Shown here: one piece after another, positions 45,101 to 54,225 of the stretch
Position numbering within the stretch: the stretch's first letter is position 1
Layout of the letters: each line of letters opens with the position of its first letter
From: a virus
Lineage: Duplodnaviria; Caudoviricetes
DNA: 64,000 nt
Virus record (IMG/VR): IMGVR_UViG_3300028887_000090
Coordinates: 1-64,000 of that record
Strand: one strand, 5' to 3'
Notes under the pieces: model-generated
The model's database searches: none
What the model was told of the DNA's origin: nothing
The model's input: only the letters and a program-made list of their open reading frames with translations
Program-made: the position numbers and the translations under genes

Positions 45101-47399
45101 GCGCAAGGCTACTGAAAACCAGTTGAAGAATGCCGTGCAGGAGAATAAGGCTTCCCAGGAGCGCCAGAAGATTATCATGGAGAGCAATTACACGGGTAAG
45201 GTGGATAAAGACTACGAGGGCCAGATGGAGAAACTGCAAATCGCAGAGTTTACTCCTGACCAGACCGCTTACCTGATGGGATTGCAGCAGAAGGGTGGTA
45301 AGGATGCTGTGCAGGCATTCCTCGATGAGCGCAGCAGCTTATGGCGCGAGGCATTCGTGAAGGCCCGCGAGAATATGATAGCACTTATCTCCAATGACCC
45401 GTCAACGGAAAAGGGACGCAAGGCTATTATGACCTTGCTCTATGGTGCCGACTACGAGAACCGCTTGCAGAACTCTCCGCTGAAGTCGTTGCTGACGATG
45501 GAGGCTGATAAGTGGCAGGTGTTCTACGAAAAGCTGATTGCCTATGGCGATGATTATACCGAGGCCCTGAAGAAGGTAGCCGACCGTGAAAAGAAACTGT
45601 TGGATTTCCGTCTGAAGGTTTACGAGGCATACCAGAAAGCCACCAGTGAGGCAACTCGTGCCGACTATAAGGATAAGAGCATCTATCAGTTTACAGATGA
45701 AGGTTATGCCCAGCGTGCGCAGCATGAGTTGGCAAAGAGTCAGCGCAAACGTAAGTTGGGTAATGTGAATGATGGAAACTCTCGTGCGCAGACTATGCGT
45801 GAGGGTCGTGAGCAAGAGGAACTTGTTACCGATCCAGGCAAAGTGGAGCGTACCGGTATGATGGGTGGCTCTACCTTCTTTAACTCATTCAAGGCTGACC
45901 CAGCCCTGGCACAGTTGAAGGCTGAAATGGAACTCCGCAAGCAGGCTATGGAATTGGCTATTGCCGAAGGCCAGTTAGAGGAGAATATTGCAGAGCGTAA
46001 GACAGAACTTTGGCAGGCTCAGGCAAAGTATTATGCCGAGCTTGGTACCAGACTGAAGGCGCAGATGGAGGAAATGTATGGTCTCGCCGCTCCTGTCGAA
46101 ACCTTTGGTACTAACATCGGTAAGGCTTTCGCCACGATGACCGAGGACGCAGAGGCAGGCCGTAAGGCTATCCGTGCTGCCATCGGTGACATGATTAACG
46201 GCTTCATGGAGCAGACCGTGAAGATGACTGAGGAATGGATTAAGCGTCGTCTGATGCAGACGATGTACGACAATCTGATGTCGAAGCAAATCGTTGCTTC
46301 TGCTGAAGAGCAAGTTGCTCTTGAAGAAAAGAAGCAGGATGATATCACTGATGCCCAGAAGGAAGGTGGCGAGGCGAAGCAGTCCATCTTTAAGAAGATA
46401 GGTAATGGCTTTATGTCCCTCTTCAAGAAACAGAAGAAGGATGAAGTCAAAATGGAGGAGGATAAGCAGGATGAAATCATCGAGACACAAGAGACCGGAG
46501 GCGAGGCCCAGGAGTTCTTGAATCAAGAGGTGAAGAGTAATATCTCGAAGGCTACAGCTGAGATTGGCAATGAGACCCTTCAGACTGAGCAGGCTCAGGT
46601 ACAACAGGAGGTGCAGACCGAATCCGCAAAGACGCAGGCTAACACCTCAATGGGTATTGCCAGTGGTGCCTCTAAGATCATTGGTACGTTAGGCTGGTGG
46701 GGTATTCCTCTGATTGCCGTCATCACTGCCTTGCTGAATGGCTTGCTCTCGTTTGCCATGTCGAAGGTGTCATCACTCTTTGGCGGTGGCAGCGAATCCG
46801 ATGATGGTGGCGGTCAGACGGCCAAACTTGTGACGGGTATGTTGACTTACGACTCTGGTAACGTGCAGGCTTATGCCGGTGTTCTCGATGGTAAGAGTTA
46901 TCCTGTCGTTGGTAGCGATGGTAACGTCTATGCCGCTACTGACGGTGGCGAACTGAGTACTGGCTTGGTGAAGGATCCTATCACTACCTTCGTCAATGGT
47001 CAACCGGCTTTGGTGGCTGAAAAAGGCCCAGAAATGGTGATTGGTCGTGAAACGACGGCTGCCATGATGATGGCTCGCCCAGACTTGATGGCAGAGATAG
47101 TGAAGTTCGATAAGAATCGTTCCGGCATGAATTACCGCGTCTTTGACGAAGGTAACGTAGGTGAGTTTGGGGCATTCGCTAACCCCGACGGCTCTCCCGC
47201 CGCTCCCTCGCTCTCCCAGGAGGATGTGCAGCAGTTGCGCGGAGCCATCACTGAGTTTACGGCTATGATGTTGCTGTTGCAGAAGAATGGCTTGCATGTG
47301 AATAAGTACGGACGTGGCGGTATTGCCGAGGAAGCCGAGGATGGTGCTCAGTTTATGGGCCGCTATTCCGGCTCCCGTCTGTGGAATAAGAAAAAGTAA
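42174..47399 (+). CDS. phage tail tape measure protein
   Basis: 1741 aa, helical, with typical core (FSDQLADIRKVSGL...IDTRT...IVEFSKRL), hydrophobic segments and LVAEKGPEMVI. Confidence 0.88.
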   Translation: MALFNSKKSEVVITVNSQQPKAAVRAMKVELDKLTRSYEQLNNAGKAGTQRAKNMLKDIKDLKAAIKNSEADMQKVDKVVKNLGNATLRQLRQALKQVNKEIENTSANNPKLVQLKEQYRAIDQQIRMMTKDINSANSAIRGSGGAFATTLKNLTAYFGLFQLFSQIQSKLTSIIKLNLQFSDQLADIRKVSGLAMSDINHMSENLAKIDTRTTIQELNQIAYAGAKLGIGKWGTEALEQFVRASNQVNVALKEDLGADALTALSKITEVMGLIPKMGVEKSMLATGSAMFQLAATSTATAGNIVEFSKRLTGMARTAGITTDQLLALGSAADSMYLMPEVASTAFNKFITALQKNHNLIEKQLQIDPGTISNLYSTGRIVDAMVLVFERMNKMGNMNVMQDLFKDLGSDGARLVNVMVTMSKNVDMLKDHLYTSSEAFEEATAVTTEYNIQQETANALMERASNIWEKAFVNPTGVDYVKSMAQQWYDLSKALTESNVYMGQIKLTLGLLWALVKLGLYLLPALIQFMMFKGSYTVVVGMWKGMVVVYQQLMAKITGATVAQQGLNTAMKANIFGVIISLLSMAAVYMFNYGEKTEEAANSQRKLNSYLEDAAKAYDEERRKLESYRNVLDDANLAQEQRERIIKKFNHEYQPYLTKLGLEVKSVGDLKGAYEDLNAEIKKKMYYQMRERAYSDKLGEAQGGVENAVMDYSRYVNGKADFKAFDTKWLQSKVDAGLTVDEIYKSVIEQTYGKGGVWSGYNGDYIINNKSKRDSGLRSRIANFVNANKNYTTTKTEIDDAFNPIIGDYDPFKNDDLGELERDAVDKRERAKQKAEEAARRKALRAEMKAEQEQAKAVMDNVKNYYERQIAAITDMATKTNMDPELQAKMVDAMKNRMNDALANVRKAIAGVENGWSDFRETMINDLYEPLKSDGTNESTQLLDNIIQNDVDKLREMIKDLSKALGQSQGVLLDQIWRKATENQLKNAVQENKASQERQKIIMESNYTGKVDKDYEGQMEKLQIAEFTPDQTAYLMGLQQKGGKDAVQAFLDERSSLWREAFVKARENMIALISNDPSTEKGRKAIMTLLYGADYENRLQNSPLKSLLTMEADKWQVFYEKLIAYGDDYTEALKKVADREKKLLDFRLKVYEAYQKATSEATRADYKDKSIYQFTDEGYAQRAQHELAKSQRKRKLGNVNDGNSRAQTMREGREQEELVTDPGKVERTGMMGGSTFFNSFKADPALAQLKAEMELRKQAMELAIAEGQLEENIAERKTELWQAQAKYYAELGTRLKAQMEEMYGLAAPVETFGTNIGKAFATMTEDAEAGRKAIRAAIGDMINGFMEQTVKMTEEWIKRRLMQTMYDNLMSKQIVASAEEQVALEEKKQDDITDAQKEGGEAKQSIFKKIGNGFMSLFKKQKKDEVKMEEDKQDEIIETQETGGEAQEFLNQEVKSNISKATAEIGNETLQTEQAQVQQEVQTESAKTQANTSMGIASGASKIIGTLGWWGIPLIAVITALLNGLLSFAMSKVSSLFGGGSESDDGGGQTAKLVTGMLTYDSGNVQAYAGVLDGKSYPVVGSDGNVYAATDGGELSTGLVKDPITTFVNGQPALVAEKGPEMVIGRETTAAMMMARPDLMAEIVKFDKNRSGMNYRVFDEGNVGEFGAFANPDGSPAAPSLSQEDVQQLRGAITEFTAMMLLLQKNGLHVNKYGRGGIAEEAEDGAQFMGRYSGSRLWNKKK

Positions 47400-47430
47400 T
47401 GAATTAATGTTTTAATGAATTGATGAATTT

Positions 47431-47694
47431 ATGGAAGAAAAACTTTTCCCTTACATTGTCGATCTGCTAATCAAACTATTCGACACGATGCCTCCCCAGG
47501 AGGAGATAACCCTTGATACGCGCTTGCAGGAGGATTTGAATCTCGATTCTCTCGACATTCTCGATTTCATCCTGGCTGTGGAAACGCAGTTTGGCGTGAA
47601 GCTCGACATGAACAATGCGAAGAATACCCGCACCCTGAGAGATCTGGTGCAGGCTGTTATCACCCTAAATCCTGACGCATGCAACAGAGAGTAG
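47431..47694 (+). CDS. acpP: acyl carrier protein
   Basis: EDLNLDSLD phosphopantetheine motif, VETQFGV. Confidence 0.88.
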   Translation: MEEKLFPYIVDLLIKLFDTMPPQEEITLDTRLQEDLNLDSLDILDFILAVETQFGVKLDMNNAKNTRTLRDLVQAVITLNPDACNRE

Positions 47695-48923
47695 TCATCA
47701 CCGGCATGGGCATCTGGAGCTGCATCGGCGAGAACATCCAAGCCGTTGAGCAGTCGCTTCGCCTGGGACGTTCTGGCATCGGTGCTGACCCACGACGCAC
47801 GGAGTACGGCTACCAGTCGCCATTGACGGGTATCGTGCCTGAGCCGGATCTGTCGCATGAAGGCTTGCGCCGTTCGCAGCGTATGTGCCTGTCGGAGGCG
47901 GGTCGTTATGCGTATATGGCCGTGAAGCAGGCCCTGGAGCAAGCGCCCATGACCGACCGCCATCGGGTAGGGCTGATAGTCAGCAACGACTCGACGGCTT
48001 GTGAACTGGCAGAGGTGGAGGACATCATGCGCTTGCATCACGACTCACGCCGTCTGGGTGCTGGCGCGGTGTTCCGTTCGCTGAACTCGACGGTATCGAT
48101 GACGCTGGCCTCTATCTTCGGCATCGGTGGTATCTCGCTGACGGTCTCTGCCGCTTGTGCTGGTGGTGGTCATGCCGTCGGACTGGCGCTGTCGCTCATC
48201 CGTAGCGGACAGGTGGATGCGTGTATTGTCGTGGGTGCTCAGGAGGTAGGACTGCATGCCTATACGTCGTTTGATGCACTGGGTATCTTCTCGCAGCGTG
48301 CCGATGATCCTGAGAAGGCAAGCCGTCCTTTCGATGCAGCCCGTGACGGTCTGGTGCCGAGCGGTGGTGCTGCCTGTGTTATCCTGGAGAGCGCCGAGCA
48401 TGCTGCTATGGGTAATCGTAAGCCCATGGCCACGGTTCGCGGTTATGGCTTCTGTACGTCGCCCGACATCGTTACGCCTTCAGCAGAGAGTATTTTCCGC
48501 TGTATGAGCAACGCCATTCAGGATGCCGACATCAATCCGGAGCAGCTATCGATGATTATGGCACATGCCACATCAACGCAGGATGGCGACCGTGCTGAAG
48601 CCGATGCGCTGCTGTCATTGTCGCTCTGGCTGCCGAAATATACATGTGGGGTAGGGAAACCTATCGGTAATCCCTTCGTGGTCTCTACGAAGTGTTTGAC
48701 AGGCCACGAGTGCTGGATGTCTGGTGTATCACAGGTGGTCTATGCACTTATCCAGATGCAGGGTGGTTTTGTGGCTCCGCATATCAATCTGGAACAGCCG
48801 GAACCAGCTGCCGCACGTCTGAATATTCCAACCAAGCCGACAGTCACTAATATCAATCATGTGTTGTGTAACGCCTTCGGCTTCGGTGGCACCAACAGTT
48901 CTATCATTATCTCGAAACCTTAA
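47679..48923 (+). CDS. beta-ketoacyl-ACP synthase (FabB/FabF family)
   Basis: RVVITGMG, SAACAGG (catalytic Cys), HATST, TGH, NAFGFGGTN. Confidence 0.93.
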   Translation: MQQRVVITGMGIWSCIGENIQAVEQSLRLGRSGIGADPRRTEYGYQSPLTGIVPEPDLSHEGLRRSQRMCLSEAGRYAYMAVKQALEQAPMTDRHRVGLIVSNDSTACELAEVEDIMRLHHDSRRLGAGAVFRSLNSTVSMTLASIFGIGGISLTVSAACAGGGHAVGLALSLIRSGQVDACIVVGAQEVGLHAYTSFDALGIFSQRADDPEKASRPFDAARDGLVPSGGAACVILESAEHAAMGNRKPMATVRGYGFCTSPDIVTPSAESIFRCMSNAIQDADINPEQLSMIMAHATSTQDGDRAEADALLSLSLWLPKYTCGVGKPIGNPFVVSTKCLTGHECWMSGVSQVVYALIQMQGGFVAPHINLEQPEPAAARLNIPTKPTVTNINHVLCNAFGFGGTNSSIIISKP

Positions 48924-49053
48924 TGCACCATCAGCGGATGGGCATTCTTCATTATGATATTTGAATTTTTAGTTAGTAGTTAGTAGATTAGTTTTAGGTT
49001 AAGTATTAGTAAAATCTTGTATTACATACATCTGTTTATGTATAGTAATCGTT

Positions 49054-49083
49054 CGAGGGCTGTGCTGTGAAGCACGGCCCTCG
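49054..49083. terminator. GC-rich hairpin
   Basis: CGAGGGCTGTGCT-GTGA-AGCACGGCCCTCG. Confidence 0.6.
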
Positions 49084-49098
49084 CTTGTCATATATCCC

Positions 49099-49189
49099 TC
49101 TCGCGGCTTTCCCGCCACCAAGGTAATCTAAATCTCGCGTTTTCCCGCACCTACGGTAGTAATCTTACTCCGCACCTACGGTAGTAATC
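49099..49189. repeat. short direct repeats in 1-kb non-coding region
   Basis: CCGCACCTACGGTAGTAATC at 49145 and 49170, plus a degenerate upstream copy. Confidence 0.75.
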
Positions 49190-49925
49190 AAAATGGTGGC
49201 ACCGCCACCTCTCTGACCTAATGTAATTAGGGCATAATACCCCAATTTAATACTGGGTACAAAGGTACGAAAAATCCCTGAAACTACTAAAAGATATTCA
49301 AGGAAATTTCGAGGATGAATTAATATTTTTCTCCTTTCCCTCTATTTAGGGCATTCCTGGGCATTTCCAGAGGGTCAAAAGGAGAAAATGATGGTTTTCC
49401 GCATACCTCATATATATTTTGAGAAAAAATTTCTCTCTGATAGAGATAGAAATCCCGTACCCTAAAAGGAATTGAGCAACAAAGCGAAAGTTCCACTTTC
49501 TCCTTTGATTATCAGATACTTGGGGGCGAGGGGAGGTGGCATAAAGCGAGCGGTTTTCATGGAATTTTTGTCATAAATTCTGTTTTCTATTTTTCTTCCC
49601 GTGTGTACTAAGTTTTTTAGAAAAAAGGTAAAAATAACTTTTTACCAATGTTTATGTCTGATTTTCAGCGAGTTAAAGCTATTTCGAAATCTCCTTTTGA
49701 AATCTTTTCATAACTTTCGATAACTTTTTTCCCCGTTTTTGACTTTACAGAAATTGGGGATTCGGGCTGCAAAAAGTAGTTTTGAGGTTCAAAAGGAGAA
49801 AATATCCCTGGTCAGGGAGAAAATTTCCTCGACCTCGAAAACGGATTATTTGGTGGCTCCGATTGTGTTCAAATGTTAAAACTTACACGATATAAGAAAT
49901 TAAATAGATTTTTATTTTGTCTATT

Positions 49926-49972
49926 CAAATATTATGTTTAACTTTGTCCGCGAATAACAAATATCATATAAG
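49926..49972 (+). promoter_or_regulatory. promoter with two 15-bp operator-like sites
   Basis: TAACTTTG 49939-49946; sites 49926-49940 and 49958-49972 are exact reverse complements of 27530-27544 and 27499-27513. Confidence 0.75.
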
Positions 49973-49983
49973 GTGAAACGCTT

Positions 49984-50376
49984 ATGAAAATCTATCTCGT
50001 TATCCTGAATTGGGTATTGTTGATGTCGCTGTTGACGGTGATCGCGCTGGGCATCCTCGGTGGTGGTTGGACGTTACCTGTCGGCATGTTCATTGGTTCG
50101 ATGGCTACCGCCGGTCTGATATCCTATCAGTACAGTAAGGATGAGTCGCCCGACAAAGACTGGAAATGGCGCAAGGGTTATTTCCATAAGGATTATCCAG
50201 TAGAGACATTGGTACACCTGTTTCTTGGTACCCTGTGTTTTGTTCTGTCGTATTGGTTCTGGCGTGGCTTCTGGCTGATGGGCCTCGGTTTCTGTCTGGC
50301 ATGGCTCATCAATATTCTGGTGGAATGGGCCTGGGCCAAGTGGCATAACTATTACAACTATTATAATAATAAATAG
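49984..50376 (+). CDS. membrane protein
   Basis: about four hydrophobic helices. Confidence 0.75.
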   Translation: MKIYLVILNWVLLMSLLTVIALGILGGGWTLPVGMFIGSMATAGLISYQYSKDESPDKDWKWRKGYFHKDYPVETLVHLFLGTLCFVLSYWFWRGFWLMGLGFCLAWLINILVEWAWAKWHNYYNYYNNK

Positions 50377-50379
50377 GTA

Positions 50380-51411
50380 ATGGACTCCATTTTCGACCGC
50401 ATGTGTTCTGTCTATACCGATGCGAAAGATAACGTCGGGCGCTTCGTAGATATGGAAACGGGTGAGATCATCCAGTCGATGACCATCCGCGAGTTCTGTA
50501 TGACGGATCGCTGGCAGCCTGTGGTTGAGAAGTTGCGTGGCATGGTAGAGACGATGGGCGAGAAGGCTGCAAAGGCATCTGACGAATACCGCGAGACCAA
50601 GCAGTTCCTTCCAGGCGCTACACTCTCCGGACTCTTTGAGCCGCGAGAGGTGGAGGTGGAAAAGACCAACCGCCGGACGGGTGAGAAGTTCATAGTGAAG
50701 GAAATGGTGTCGCGTCGTGGGTCGCATCTGGCACAGCATACGGGATTCCTCTGCATAGATATCGATCATCAGGATAACGAGAGCCTGGGCGATATGAAGA
50801 GCATCCTGCGTACCCTTCGCCACCGTCCTGAAGTGGCGCTGCTGATGAAGTCGTGCAGTGGTACCGGCTACTTCGCTCTCATTCCGTTGCTCTATCCGCA
50901 ATACCATAAGGAACAGTTCAAGGCCCTGTTGCGTGAGTACTCGGCGCTGGGCATCCAGATAGACCGTAAGTGTGGTGACGTGACTCGCATACGCTTTGCT
51001 TCGTATGACTCAGATCCCTATATCAATGAACATGCCCTGGCTTATGCCGGTGTGTGCTTAGAGACCAGCGAACAGGTGTTGGCTCCGAAGGCAGCGGTGT
51101 ATAGCAGCAGTGGCGAGAGTGACGACCAGTTGGTTGAGCGTGTGCGCCGGATGGTAGAGCTGCTGGAGCGTACCAATACCGACATTGTGAATGACTACGA
51201 TGTGTGGTTTCGTGTGGGCCTGTCGTTGGCCAACCTTCCGGCACCCTACGGCTTCGAGTTCTTTGACCGCGTGAGCCGTATCAATGTGTCGAAGTATAAT
51301 GCAAAGGATGTGGAAGAAAAGTTCAAGTACAATTCCAGTCCGGATAAGATCTCGATAGCGTATTTCTTTGCCCGCTGTAAGGATGCGGGAATAACCCTCA
51401 GAGGATATTAA
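50380..51411 (+). CDS. VirE N-terminal (BT4734-like) and PriCT-2 domain protein
   Basis: KQFLPGATLSG, HTGFLCIDID, SCSGTG, D..C.DVTR.RF.SYD, YDVWFRVGLSL. Confidence 0.75.
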   Translation: MDSIFDRMCSVYTDAKDNVGRFVDMETGEIIQSMTIREFCMTDRWQPVVEKLRGMVETMGEKAAKASDEYRETKQFLPGATLSGLFEPREVEVEKTNRRTGEKFIVKEMVSRRGSHLAQHTGFLCIDIDHQDNESLGDMKSILRTLRHRPEVALLMKSCSGTGYFALIPLLYPQYHKEQFKALLREYSALGIQIDRKCGDVTRIRFASYDSDPYINEHALAYAGVCLETSEQVLAPKAAVYSSSGESDDQLVERVRRMVELLERTNTDIVNDYDVWFRVGLSLANLPAPYGFEFFDRVSRINVSKYNAKDVEEKFKYNSSPDKISIAYFFARCKDAGITLRGY

Positions 51412-51427
51412 CTTTTCAACGATTGAT

Positions 51428-52321
51428 ATGCAATTAATAAAACCTACAGTTGAACTTTGGCCCTCTCCGGAGGTATGGCAGGAACAGGTGGCTCGTGCTG
51501 CCCGTCTGTGCTACGCCTCCGAGGGTGGCCAGAAAAGCGCAGAGGACTTCTGCGACATGTTGCTGAAGCGTAAGCACCTGTCGATGTTCCGACATGGCAG
51601 TGCCTATTTCGTCTTTGCTGTGAAGGGTGAACCCGACAACAGCGTGTTTCCCTTGTGGCTCATTACGGCCCTCAATAACACCCCTTATGTGTGCATCCGC
51701 TACCATAAGGATAAGAAGAAAAAGGAGCGTACCTTCTTTGTCTCTACAAACCGTCATTTCCTGATGGATGCAAAGGCCATCGCCAAGGAACTGAAACCCT
51801 ACGAGGTGACACTCCAGGACTTTGTGGCCAAGGCTAAGGAGTTGAATTTCCCGACGGCCTTCGCACTCATTCGTTATACCGTATGTGTGACTACACAGAT
51901 ATCTACTTCGAGAGAGCTGAACCGCACTTCACCTAACAATATCGCCGAGCAATCGACACGATATGTCAACTTTGGCAAACGTGGTGGCATCACCATCTGT
52001 CTGCCGCATTGGTATGAGTGTGCGCACTGGTCGAAGAAGCTGCTGGCGCGTGTTGGTTGGAAGATGTCGGAATGGTGCTATATGCTGGGCCTCCGTCTGG
52101 GACTGCCCGCACAGGATGCGCGTGGGTTCCTCTGTCTCGATGCTGCTACCCGTGTGGCTTACACTTACAATGTGTTTGAGTGGCGCAATATCATGCGTTT
52201 GCGTCTGACAGGTGAAACCGGTAAACCGCATCCCAATGCACATATCGCTGCACAGCAGATCCACGATGTCATTTTACCCCAGATGCGGGTCTATGGCGGT
52301 GAAAGCTCGACGTTACTATAA
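51428..52321 (+). CDS. thyX: FAD-dependent thymidylate synthase
   Basis: AARLCY, HLSMFRH, SRELNR, EQSTRY, QDARGFL, WRNIMRLR, HP. Confidence 0.85.
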   Translation: MQLIKPTVELWPSPEVWQEQVARAARLCYASEGGQKSAEDFCDMLLKRKHLSMFRHGSAYFVFAVKGEPDNSVFPLWLITALNNTPYVCIRYHKDKKKKERTFFVSTNRHFLMDAKAIAKELKPYEVTLQDFVAKAKELNFPTAFALIRYTVCVTTQISTSRELNRTSPNNIAEQSTRYVNFGKRGGITICLPHWYECAHWSKKLLARVGWKMSEWCYMLGLRLGLPAQDARGFLCLDAATRVAYTYNVFEWRNIMRLRLTGETGKPHPNAHIAAQQIHDVILPQMRVYGGESSTLL

Positions 52322-52342
52322 TAATAATTATGATAAATAGGT

Positions 52343-53119
52343 ATGAAACGACCTCTCGCCCATCGTGCCATTTATAAGCCGGAAGGCCCCGCAGCGGAGT
52401 ATGCCGTATGGGGTTGCAATCTGTATAAAGGTTGTCGTCATCAGTGTACTTATTGCTACTTGCGTCGTGGCCCGATGGGAAAGCAGCTCGGTGGTGCTGT
52501 GCCTGAGATTGAGAAGAAAGTGGGTGGTACTGAAGAGAAGGCTTACCGACGCTTCTGTAAAGAAGTGGATGCCTACCAGGAGCAGTTTAAGACTGACGGT
52601 GGCATTTTCTTCTCTTTCAGTACTGACCCATTGCTTCAGGAACAGTGGAACCTGACATATCGCTGTGCGCGTTATGCTCTGGAGCATGGTGTTCCTGTGT
52701 GGCTGCTGACCAAAACGACATGGTGGTACCGTAATGCCCAATTCCTTTGGGAGTATCGCGATTTGTTGCACATTGGTTTTACGTTGACGGGGCATAATGA
52801 ACTGGAGCCTTATGCGCCCAGCAATGCCGACCGCATCACCTTCATTCGTCGCCTGCATGATATGGGTTTCCATATCTGGGTATCGTTGGAGCCAGTGATT
52901 GATTTCGAGTCGTCGCTGACGTGTATTCTGAACACTACCGGACTGGTGGAGGAATACCGCATCGGCCTCCTGTCGCCTTACTCTAAGAACCGCTACGACT
53001 GGCAACAGTGTGACCGTTTCATGGATGCCGTTCACAAACTCCAGCGCGAGAACGGTTTCTTTAAGGTCGTTTGGAAGGATAGTATCAAGAAATTTTATAA
53101 TGAACAAAAACCAGAATAA
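52343..53119 (+). CDS. radical SAM protein
   Basis: YKGCRHQCTYCY, FSTDP, LLTK, WVSLEP. Confidence 0.85.
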   Translation: MKRPLAHRAIYKPEGPAAEYAVWGCNLYKGCRHQCTYCYLRRGPMGKQLGGAVPEIEKKVGGTEEKAYRRFCKEVDAYQEQFKTDGGIFFSFSTDPLLQEQWNLTYRCARYALEHGVPVWLLTKTTWWYRNAQFLWEYRDLLHIGFTLTGHNELEPYAPSNADRITFIRRLHDMGFHIWVSLEPVIDFESSLTCILNTTGLVEEYRIGLLSPYSKNRYDWQQCDRFMDAVHKLQRENGFFKVVWKDSIKKFYNEQKPE

Positions 53120-53121
53120 TT

Positions 53122-53610
53122 ATGGCAGAAAAGAAAGAAACTAAGCAGCGTCCATTGAAGAAGGGTGATTTTGTCCGCATTGCAATGGAAGTGATGATGA
53201 AACAGCATGAGCCTAAGACCAAAGAGGAACTTCAGGAGTTGAAGGCTCTGGAAAAAGAGGTAGAGGGTCTGGAAACACAACTGACCGCACTCGTTGGAGG
53301 TTATATCATTCAGAGCGACTTGCTCCAGAAGCATACCTCGATGGCCCTGCTGATGGCAGCCTGTATCAGTACGTGCGATATTCTATTTATGGTTGAGCAG
53401 TTGGGCGACATGAAGGGTATCACTCCACTCGATGCCTTCAACGAACTGTTGCCCGTGTATAAACCCATGCAGGATGCCGTGCTCGTGCAGCGTATGGCGA
53501 AAGCAGCTGAGGAAGCCAAGCATTCCCGTAAGAAAAAGAAGCCAGCAGTGAAGGCTACTGTGAACACGGCAAAGAAGGCTACGTTGAAGGTAGAGAAACC
53601 AAAAAAGTGA
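53122..53610 (+). CDS. hypothetical protein with basic tail
   Basis: 162-aa ORF. Confidence 0.7.
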   Translation: MAEKKETKQRPLKKGDFVRIAMEVMMKQHEPKTKEELQELKALEKEVEGLETQLTALVGGYIIQSDLLQKHTSMALLMAACISTCDILFMVEQLGDMKGITPLDAFNELLPVYKPMQDAVLVQRMAKAAEEAKHSRKKKKPAVKATVNTAKKATLKVEKPKK

Positions 53611-54224
53611 TGGATAAGTTGCCGATCATCCGCTTTACGCAGGGTCTTACTACGCTGGTTACAGAGGGTAAGAAGGATATGACCCGCCGGTTGACCACAG
53701 ACCGCCGACAGTATGAGGTGGGCGAACGGGTGGCTATCGCAGAAGGTTATGGCTTTATCTGGCGCAGTCTGCCCACTCCTGGCGATAAGATCAGGTTTAT
53801 CCATCGCTTGCAGCGTGAGTTGGGTGTGGAGCATCCTATGCAGTTGCCCGCGTGGGAAAACAAACTCTTTGTCCGTCCGGAGCTGATGCAGTACCAAATA
53901 GAGATTACCGAGAAACGTCGTGAGCACCTTCAGGATATCTCCGAGGCCGACATGTTGCGTGAGGGTATTTTCCATGGTCTTATGAGCGCGACGGACATCA
54001 AGACGAAGGAAACGGGTGACTTTACCTGGCTCGACATCAAGCGTAAGAAACTTCCTAACGGAAAGTATCATGTCAGCATTCGGCATAACATCCATAGCAA
54101 TTTGCGTGAGTGCTTTATCGACATGATCGACCATGTATGTGGCAAAGGCACCTGGGACTCCAATCCCGAAGTCTATGCCTACGCCTTCAAACTGATCGAC
54201 CTTTATCCCAAATTTTTAGAATAG
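53607..54224 (+). CDS. phage protein, ASCH-like
   Basis: GKKDMTRR, EHLQDISEAD..REG, WDSNPEVYAYAF. Confidence 0.65.
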   Translation: MMDKLPIIRFTQGLTTLVTEGKKDMTRRLTTDRRQYEVGERVAIAEGYGFIWRSLPTPGDKIRFIHRLQRELGVEHPMQLPAWENKLFVRPELMQYQIEITEKRREHLQDISEADMLREGIFHGLMSATDIKTKETGDFTWLDIKRKKLPNGKYHVSIRHNIHSNLRECFIDMIDHVCGKGTWDSNPEVYAYAFKLIDLYPKFLE

Positions 54225-54225
54225 T

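Noticed and set aside
42666-47297. Long minus-strand ORFs within tape measure, and similar ones within the helicase, ligase and protease genes
   Set aside because: They are antisense shadows of well-supported genes and have no recognisable motifs.
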